IMG/VR virus record: IMGVR_UViG_3300027852_000059
Location: 1-46,454 of that record
Reading direction: 5' to 3' (one strand)
Length of the DNA stretch: 46,454 nucleotides
Source: a virus
The translations under genes and the position numbers were made by a program. The notes beneath the pieces are model-generated. The model made no database searches. It saw nothing but the letters and a program-made list of their open reading frames with translations, and had not been told where the DNA came from. Shown piece by piece: positions 33,639 to 43,700 of this stretch (position 1 is its first letter; each line of letters begins with the position of its first letter).

Positions 33639-34727
33639 ATGGCGTTATCTTCAATTGTAAAAGGGTTAGGCCAAGCTATATCGGCCTCGGGTTCAATATT
33701 GGCAGAGGGGAATCTAAATCAAATTCGTCAAAACAGCATAGATGCTCGATGGAAAACAGAACAGGAAACATCTAAAAACCGCTTTGATGATGAAATGGAT
33801 TTTAGAAAAAAACAACTGCAAAGCCAGGAAGAACAATCGTCTAAGGCGGTATTGTCGGCTGAAAATCGCCATAAAGATAACGTTGAATTAAATGAAAGAC
33901 AGCAAACCCATAAAGAAAAACACGATAGTGAAGTTTTAATATCGAGCAAGGCTGAAAACTTACAATCGTTTATCGGTAAACAGGTCAGTGCATTAAGCGA
34001 CAAACGCGAAGAATTACAAACTTCTTTGCAATCCGGGTTGATTTCACAAGATGAGGCTAAAGTACGTTATGCCTCATTACAGCGCCAAGAACAATCTATT
34101 GTTGAACAGGCGGTCAAAGGTAATCCTGAGTTGCTAAAACAAACTATTTTTGCAAACTGGTTGCCAGAATTGGATGACGTGAGCACCCCCGACACCCCGG
34201 CTAACCCGTTAGCATCCAATCAAAATATTCCAGGCAGCAATTCGCCATTACCAGGTAACAATCAAATACCGTCTAAAGATGAAATGCTAAATAATACCGG
34301 TACAGAAATGGTGAAAGAAAAAACGTACCCGGTTAACCCATTCCAACGCCCTAAAACTGAAAGTAAGCCGGTTAACCCAAATCGTGTTGCGTTAGCTGTT
34401 GATACAGCAGAGTTACCGGAACATTTACAACCAATGGGCCGCAAAGCTAAGTCAACGTTAAAAGGTCGCCCGTCAGAGTTAAAAGAACGCAATGTATTTA
34501 ATGAGCTAAAGCTACTTGATAACGACAAATACGCAAAATTAATGACGTTATTACAAGATCCGCCAGAGCATGTAACCCGCGAAAAGATAAGTAAATACCA
34601 TCCTAGCTTAACGAAAGAACAACGCCAGGATAGATCGCTTTATCTTGAGTTTGCCAAAAAGAAAGAGTCGGTATTTAAGTTAGCCCGTTTCTTTGCGCCA
34701 ACTGTTCAACAATACGCCCACAACTAA
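33639..34727 (+). CDS. Hypothetical internal virion protein candidate (charged, coiled-coil-like)
   Basis: 362 aa. Assigned by operon position only. Confidence 0.5.
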   Translation: MALSSIVKGLGQAISASGSILAEGNLNQIRQNSIDARWKTEQETSKNRFDDEMDFRKKQLQSQEEQSSKAVLSAENRHKDNVELNERQQTHKEKHDSEVLISSKAENLQSFIGKQVSALSDKREELQTSLQSGLISQDEAKVRYASLQRQEQSIVEQAVKGNPELLKQTIFANWLPELDDVSTPDTPANPLASNQNIPGSNSPLPGNNQIPSKDEMLNNTGTEMVKEKTYPVNPFQRPKTESKPVNPNRVALAVDTAELPEHLQPMGRKAKSTLKGRPSELKERNVFNELKLLDNDKYAKLMTLLQDPPEHVTREKISKYHPSLTKEQRQDRSLYLEFAKKKESVFKLARFFAPTVQQYAHN

Positions 34728-34742
34728 TAAGAGTTTAATTAT

Positions 34743-37700
34743 ATGAATTACCTTTTTAACGAGACTTTTGAAGAATTTAGCGGAAAGTCAAATGTCGTCG
34801 CTGATCCAGATCGCAACACGAGTGTTTTTGGTGATACGGTTGATATGGCTCAACGTGGTTTAGCCCAAGGCGTCGCGGGGATATTTGATTTTGTGGGGGC
34901 TGATGGCGTCGCGGATAGTTTGAATAATTGGGCTGATAGTCAAATGTCGCAATTATCAGACGAGGGCCAAACGTCCATGTCTAAAGAATTCTTTACCGAA
35001 GACGAACAAGGTAATTTAAAAGCGGGTGAGGCATTAACAGACGTTCGTGCCTGGTGGTTGAATTTGGTATCAACGGCGGGCCAATTTGCGAGTACTGGCG
35101 GTGCTGCCGGTTTAGGTCTAAAAGGGGCCTCGATGGCCACAAAGTTTGCAAACGCTGCAGACAAAACCAAAAAAATTATAGGTGTTGGTGCGTTTGGTGC
35201 CACCGGGGGTATGTCAGCAACGGGACAAATGGAGTCTCAAGCTAGGGCGTTAGTTGATGATTTCGACATGGAAACATTAAAATCTTCCACACGATTTAGA
35301 GAAATTTACCAATCGGTGAATGATGAAAACCCGGATTTTGATAACGTAAAATTGTGGGAGGCGTCTAAGGATAAATTAAAGCTGCAGTTAGCGCGTGATG
35401 TAAAAACAGACCCTAAAGTATTACTAAGTAATTTTGCGTTGTCGGCTATCTCGGACCCTATCATTGGTAAGGCATTTACTAAACGTATCGCGAACTCGAT
35501 AATAAAATCAGCCGGTAAAGGGGCGTTAGCCGAGGGTGCCACAGAAACAATACAGGGTGGTATTGAAAGCCTAGCGGTAAATCAAGTGGCGCAATCCGTA
35601 GATCCTAGCATTGACCCTATGGCCGGTGTTAAAGCTGCAGCATTAACCGAGGGCTTAATAGGTGGCTCAATGGGGGCAACGATAGCCGGCGGCGGTGCTA
35701 TGTTAGATCGTCCTAAAAAATTAGAGGCCCCAAAAACCGGCCATGAAAACTTAGACCAAGTACTAGCCCAGGGCGTTGAACAAGAAAACCAACGCCAGGA
35801 ACAAGCGTTTAATAATAAAGCCGCTCAGTCTGCTACTGAGTCACAACCACAAGACCCTATTGTATCAACCCAAAATGACAGCGTTACAACAGTTAGTACC
35901 CCACGGTCTATTTTACCAAGACCGTTCACTAAAATAGACAGTCAGCCGTTATCACCGGTCAGTGCTGCCGTTCAAACAGGAATAGCCGTAAACGATGACC
36001 AACAAAAGGTTAATACACCGGTTAAACCTACCCCTGTTGAGATCCCAACACTAAACGAATTTAGTGAGGCCGAAACGGCCGCGTTTTTAAATGTTATTGA
36101 GCTAGCCCAAAAGCAGCATCCTAAATATTACAAACGTAGCAAGTTGGAATTTGACCGCACTAATAATCAGGCAGCATTTATTGATGGGGTGACAAAGTTA
36201 GCCAACAATGATCCGACTTATTTATCATTAAATAAAAAAATTGAAGAACAGGGAATTGAACAGACCAAAGCGAATGTTGAGCTACAAGCCCAAACGAAAT
36301 TTTTAAAAAAACAGCAAGAAGACGAGGCCGAAAAAGTCCGTTTGCGAGCTGAATTTATCGACCGACTAGTAAATCAACCTAAAAGAGATAGGGATTATCC
36401 GGCCGCACTGGCACAACATAACGCTAAGGTCGATTTAGACAGCTCTATACGTAACAATGTCGAACAATCAAAGCAGAGTCGACCAGGGAAAGCATTTAAG
36501 AAGTCTTTATCAGAGTTGCGAGCGGAATTAAAACCAAAAAGAAAACATTTAAAGCAGTTGTTAGCCGCAAATAAAGCGACTAAACAAATGCAGATGCGAA
36601 TAGACCAATCTATTGCTGCAGAAAAATTGCACTCCGGAAAACCGGTAGATATAAATGTATATGTGCCAAACCCGGCAATGAAAGAGGCATTTAGCAAAGC
36701 GTTATCACCAGAATTAAAAGAACGTGTCGCAAAGATAGACATGGCCACAAATAAAGAGCTATTAAAAATACAAGATAAACGCCGTCGCAAAGAGCAAGAG
36801 TTAGCTATATCGAACGCTATCAAAACTTGGGTAGCAGATGAAAATGGTTTGTATTCTGAGCAATATAGCTCAATGCCACAAAATTATAACGTTGAACTAA
36901 AAGGCCCGGATTATGAAACAGAACAAGATACCAGAGAAGATACCAATGCGAACATTAGCACCAATATTGAAAGCGAAACGGTTGAGAATGCAAGCATTGC
37001 TGAACCAACGGAAGATGCCGTAAAAAAGCCCTTAAAGGCAGATAATGTTGATCTGTCCACTCATGTCGCTAACGAGGCCGAGTATCACAGAGAGTTAGCA
37101 GAGCAAGCCTATTCTCATTCTAATAGATATGGAGGTCGAGTTAGTCAAAGTAATTACGTTAAATACATTAATGATACGTATGAACAATTGGACCAGGATT
37201 TAAACCCCGAACAAAAAACGCTATTAGATGACGAGATCAAAAAATTAAAATCATCTTACCTTGAAGAAGATAAAAATTATTTATCATCGCGCAGTGGTGT
37301 AGTCGGCGCGCATATTGCCGGGAAAAGTAATTTCAATGCGAAACAAGCGAACAGTCGAAGTAAATCAGATGATCGGGCCTCGGATAGTTTTGATTCTTGG
37401 AAACGTCAACAAGTGGCCCGCATTAACGTTGCGTTATCCAAAGCAAGAACGCCAGAGCAAAACCAAGAGATAAAAGATAAAAACGCTAACAAGGTATTTG
37501 TTAATGATTGGCGTGAATTCTTATCTTCTCTAGGTGCTATGACGGAAAAGGGATTTAACAAGCGTTTGTTAATGCCTGGTTTAACTCGCGCATGGGAAAC
37601 ATTAAAACAACATGATAGTGAGAAAGTACTCGGTATCTTGAATAAAGCCGAGGCAGTATTTCAGCAAGACGGTACAAGTATAGCGAAAGCAATAGGCGCT

Positions 37701-40700
37701 AAGAGTTTGTTAGCTAAAGAAATAAATGCATACATGTTAGATAGTACACCTAACAAGTTGGTTGACTCTGTTGATAAGTTAAATGCAAGTGAAAGTACAG
37801 AAGTTAATTCAAATGAAAGTACAGAAGTTAATTCAAATGAAAGTACAGAAGTTAATTCAAATGAAAGTACAGAAGTTAATTCAAATGAAAGTACAGAAGT
37901 TAATACAAGTGAAAGTACAGAAGTCAATGCAGGTGAAAGTACAGAAGTTAATGCAAATGAATTAAATGTAAGTGAACGGACAGATAACGAATCCACCCCG
38001 GAGTTATCAACAAAAACCGTTGATAACAATGTGGATGAAACCGTTGAGGACGAGCTAGAGCTTTCCTCAGAGGATATAGTGGAAATTGAATCTAAACATG
38101 TCAAGCGTAGATTATCCGAGCGATTACTTATGGATCGCCCGGCGATTGAATTGGATGGCAGTTTTGAGGGGGACTTTCAAGACTTGGCTGATTATGCAAG
38201 TCGTTTACGTATCGAGGCTACGGGGCATGGACGTACAAAGTCTGATTTAATTAGAGCGATAGATGAACAAAACGAACCGTTTTTAATTGCGTCAATTTTA
38301 AAAGCTGAGTACGAGGATTTATCATCTAAAGGTTTGGTCCCAACGCATTTAGGGACCGCCAACAATGATCGGTACTTTACCCGCAATCAATTGTTTAAAT
38401 TAGGGTTGGATGATGGCTCAACTAAATTTAACCGTTTGAAAGCGTTAACTGGCGCATACACTGATCCAATTAAGCCGCTTGTAGGATTGGATAAATCACA
38501 AATAGAATTAGATTATTTAGAGCAGTTGTTAAACCAAGATGAATCTTTATCTAACCAGGTAAGGGATCGCCCTTGGTTGTCCACTGTAACCGTCAGATTA
38601 ACGCAATTACGTCGTGACCTGGCTCAACATAAGGATAAGTACTTAAATGCCCGTAAAGCGATTTACAAGGCGAGTTTGTCCAGGGATGCAAATTTTTCAG
38701 ATAAAGAATTTCAAAGTTGGCTGCAATCAAATCTTGCTAGTTTTAAAGCACAACATAACGTTGATTATCTCATGCCATCTAAAGAGCAAGCCTTTACTGA
38801 GTTTACAGAGCGAGCGACGACTCGATTAACTAAGAATAAAGAAAAGATTGAAGATTGGACCAAAGCAACGTTGTTTGACTTCCTGGACGGTGAGGACCAA
38901 CTACATCGCGGGGAATTACCATTTGATGAATACAAAGAAATGGGGCAAGCCTTAAGCGATAAGCGAGAGGCGGTACGCGCTGAAATATCCGGGTTAACAA
39001 AGACTAAGATTGGTGAAACTCGCGGTATGTTTTGGGCGGCAAGGCATGGAAGTGATAAAAAGTCCACGATGGTTGAAAGTGCATTTGAAAATCTATTTCG
39101 TTCGTTGAACGTTAACCGTGAGGGTATGACGGTGCTAATCGGCATGGGCTTTGGCGAAAAAAGAGGCCCGGATCATTACATAGACCAAATAAAAGAAAAA
39201 TTTGATGCAATAGACCGCACACAATATGAAACCTGGCAGCAATCCATTAAGGACGATAGGGCCGCTGCAGAGGCAGAACGTGAGCGAAAAGCGCAAGCAT
39301 TAGAAGACCCGCAATCTATTGAAGACTTCCACCGTTTGTATAATTTAAAAGGTGCTAAAGGCATGACTGCCGAACAGTGGGCCATATTTGATAGATTGGT
39401 TGCTGATGAAAACTTAGCCATGCAAGAAAAATCAAAAACAAGAACGGTTGAGGCTATTAACGAAGATGTTAATTATACGTTGCATGAAACCAAGCATAGT
39501 AAAAAAGACATTGATTTATTCGTCGTATCGTTAGGCGATAGGGTTGATAAAGATGTTTACAGAGAATTAAATACAAAAGCCAAGCAGTTAGGCGGTTATT
39601 ATTCTAGTTATAATAAGGCCGGCGCAATCCCAGGCTTTCAATTTAAAAGTGAAGAAACCCGTCAAGATTTTTTAAGTTTATTAGCCGGCGATACCGTTGA
39701 GCGTACAAAAGTAGAGAAAGACACTGCAGAGACATTAATGGATAAGGCGATACGTCTGGAAGAAAAAGCCAGAGAAGAACTAGAGCGCCCTAGAAATACC
39801 AACACATCAAGACGTGCAAGCATGGCCGCAAGTTCAATTGATTCTGCAGAGCGTAATATGGCCATTGCTCAAGAGTTAAAATCGCTATCCGTGGCGATTT
39901 CATCCGGGCGGGCTAAGTACTTAAAAGGTGTCAGTCAAAACACCCAACGCGACCTATTGGCTCAACTCTTTAATCGTTTACAGCGTGAGGCTGCAAAAGA
40001 TATAGACACTCGCGATAAACACATGGAACCAAGTAAACACCCTGTTTATGGTTATGATACTGGACATAAGTGGCGCGCCGGTGTGCCAACAGAAGAAAAA
40101 GTAAGACATGCTAAATACCCGTTTGTTACGTGGGAAAAGGCCGCGTTGCATAAGTACCTGGATAAAATGGAAACTGCAGACGGTTACAAATTGGCAGCGC
40201 AAGCATTAAGAAAGTCATTAAATCAAACTAAATCTGAAAACGCATTCATAGGTAATCATCGTAGTTTTGATAAATTTTTATCGTATTCATTACAGCACGA
40301 ATCAGCGCACCCATTTATTAAAAGTGAGGCTCAAGACTACAACCGGTTACAAAAGTTGGGCATAAACGGGACGCAACATTTACGTGCGGCCCTAGTTGAA
40401 TATGATTTATTAACCAGTGACGCTGAAACCGTTGTTGTTAAAAGTCCTGCAGCAGAGGCCCTTAAATACTCGCATTTAAAGGGTATGTACAAAGATAACG
40501 ATTTTCATAATTCGCCTAATGCGGTTGTTGAGGAAGTGATCGGCTATGCTGACATTGAGCCAGGCATGAGAGTGTTAGAGCCGTCGGCCGGTGTTGGCCA
40601 TATTGCCGACGCCGTTGCTGATATAGTTGGCAAAGATGGCGTCGATACGGTGGAAATGGGCTTTGAGCTACGAAAAATGCTTGAGGGTAAAGGTTATAAA

Positions 40701-43700
40701 CCTGAGTCCGGGGATTTCTTAGAGTATGATCCAGGAGGTGAAATATACGACCGGGTTGTAATGAATCCACCATTTAGTAAAGACCAGGATATTGATCATA
40801 TTTTACATGCATATTCAATGTTAAAACCTGGCGGTAAATTGGTGGCCGTGACTAGCTCAATGGCCGGTGATAGATCCAATAAAAAAAATCAAGCATTTAG
40901 AACGTTTATGGATGAACACGCCGCTGATGAAATATCGTTACCCGAGGGGAGTTTTAAGGATGCTATTAATCCTACTGGCGTAAATACTAAAATAATTGTT
41001 ATAGATAAGCCAAGTAGTAACCAGGAACAACAGCCATCAAGTAATGAAGATGTTGTATTTAACTTGGAAGAACAAACCCATAATAGCGGCCTTTCTGATA
41101 AAGACATGTCGAAAGTTGTCACCGAATTTTTAAATGTGTATAAAGGAGCTAAGATATTTAAAGGCGGCATACACATTGGAGGCGTTGATGAACTCTACAG
41201 CAAAGAATTACTCGAATCCCGACCAGAAGTTAGAGACTTGGCAAGAGGTTCGTACACGCCAAGAACTGACACCTTGCATATCGTCCGAGGACGGTTTAAG
41301 GATCGCGCCGACTTACTGCAGACCTTACGGCATGAGATATTGGTTCACAAAGGTTTGGGCGTTTTTCACAAAGAATACGTCGAAAACTTCCTAAGCCAAG
41401 TAAAATTAACTCGCGGCAGTAAAAACAGCTATATAAAAAATATATGGGATGAAGTATCACAAACATATAAAGATGAATCTGATTACGTACAAGCCGAAGA
41501 ATTTTTGGCTCGTGTTGCCGAAGATTTAGACGACACTGGTTTTGGTCAGTTCGTTAATAACAAAATCATTCATCCAATTATTAAAGCTATTCGTCGAATG
41601 CTTGAGTCAATTGGATTGTCATTAAGTACTCAGCCGTCAGAGATTAAACAAGAGCTTTATCGCATAACCGGGGCTTTACGTAAAGGCATTGAACCTCGTA
41701 ATCGTCAGAAACAGGACGCGGGTTTAATAGGTAAGCGAACGTATTTTAATATTGCGCCGCCGGCTGATAGTCAGTTATTGCCAAAACACCTCAATAAAGA
41801 AAGCGTTAATAAACATTACAATTCTATTAAAGCCAAATTACGGCCATTTATGTTGTCGTTATTACCACGTCGATATTTAAAAGATTTAGCCGGGGATACT
41901 TTACCTGCAATCTCGATATATGAACGTGCCGTAGAGCAGATGGACGCCGATAGAAACGAGCTGTTAAACGTTGCCGCTGACACAATGGTAAAATGGCGCA
42001 AATTGGCTGACAGTAATCCAGAAAGCGCGAAAGTGATGGCTGATCTTATGCACGATGCTACATTGGCAAACGTGGACCCGTCAGAACGTTATGAGCAGCT
42101 TGTAAACAAACAAGAATTAGACTTAGCAAAAAAACAATATCAGGCCGCGAAAAAGGACCAAAGCGATCTGTTAGCGATAGATAGAGAGTTAAATAACTTT
42201 AATGCATTGAAAGAGCGCGCTTTTGCAGAGGGAGAACGGGGCGCTATGTATACCATTCTTGCCCCTAAATTCAGGACGTTACCAACGGAGTTCCAGGACC
42301 TATTTAAAGAAGTGGTTAAATCATACCGAGATCAGAATAAAGCTAGATTAAAGGCATTGCTAGAACGTATAGAGTTCACCCCGACAGATGTTAACCATAA
42401 AAGTAAAATGCGTGACTTAATACGCATGAAGTTTGAGCAATCAGAGCGTGATTTTTATGTACCACTGCAGCGTTTTGGTGACTACTTTGGTTCGGTAAAG
42501 GACAACAACGGTGACATTGTTGAATTTAGTCTTTTTGAAAGCCAGGCCGAGCAAGAAACCTGGATTAATGAGCGTAAAACAAATTTCAAAGGCCAGGGTT
42601 ATACGATACGCGGCGGTAAGAAAAAAGAACACATGAATGAATTTGAGCGTGTGAATCCGGGTTTCATAACTGAAATAATGCCATTGTTAAATGAAGAACA
42701 GCAAGACGAAATATATCAATTGTACTTACACGCCATGCCTGATTTAAGTATGCGTAAACACTTTATTCACCGTAAAGGTGTTAAGGGTTTTCATACGGAC
42801 GCGTTACGTGCCTATGCAAAAAATATGTTTCATGGCAGCTATCAAATCGCCAGGCTAAAACATTCTCATGTTATGGAGGGTGCGTTATCAGCAATGCGCT
42901 TACAGGTAGACAGTAAAGCTAATATCCGAGAGGCGAATAAGGCGAGTGATATAGCGTCGGAAATAGAACAGCGTCATGCATGGATAGTATCACCAACGGG
43001 ATCTAGCATTGCTCATAAAGCGACTCAGTTTGGTTTTGCCTGGTACTTAGGGGCAACGCCGGCAGCGGCATTACTCAACGTCACCCAAACACCTATCATT
43101 GCATTACCGGTGATCGGTTCTCGTTATGGATTTACAGCCACCACAAAAGAGTTAACCAGGGCGGGTGTCGATTTTATCGGAGGGAAAGGCCACATTGAAA
43201 AAGCGTTGTCGGGCGACGAGTTAGAAATGGTAAATGAATTATTACGCCGAGGTGTATTAGATAAAACTATGAGCCATGATTTAGCCGGTGTGTCAGAGGG
43301 CGGCATTCAACACAATCCAACAACTCATAAATGGATGGGGTATATAAGTGCGATGTTCCACCACGCGGAGCGTTTTAATCGGGAAGTAACCAGTTTAGCC
43401 GCGTATCGCCTAGCTCGTAAAAAAGGAATGGACCATATAAGCGCTATAGACGAGGCCGCAAATTTAACATGGGAAAGCCACTTTGATTACGCCAGTGCAA
43501 ATAAAGCCAGATTTATGCAGAATGATACGGCCAAGGTCCTATTTTTGTTCCGGCAGCATAGCCTTAACATGTCAGCCCGTTTGTACCTGGACTTTATGAA
43601 GATATTGAAACCAAAAAATAAAGCAGAACGTGTTCAAGGGACTAAACAATTTTTAGGGGTGCTTGGTATGACAGGTATGTTTGCCGGTGTGGCCGGTTTG

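Noticed and set aside
37791-37958. Regularly spaced 24-bp repeats that could look like a CRISPR array
   Set aside because: The units abut each other with no spacers. They are in frame inside a 9.7-kb CDS and encode ESTEVNxx. No cas genes are present.
37661-38104. 147-aa minus-strand ORF, and the 60-aa plus-strand ORF 37783..37965
   Set aside because: Both are alternative-frame products of the 24-bp tandem repeat within the giant CDS.
41328-41345. HEILVH in the giant protein as a zincin HExxH metalloprotease motif
   Set aside because: The spacing is H-E-x-x-x-H, not HExxH, so I cannot support a metallopeptidase call from sequence alone. Coordinates are approximate.
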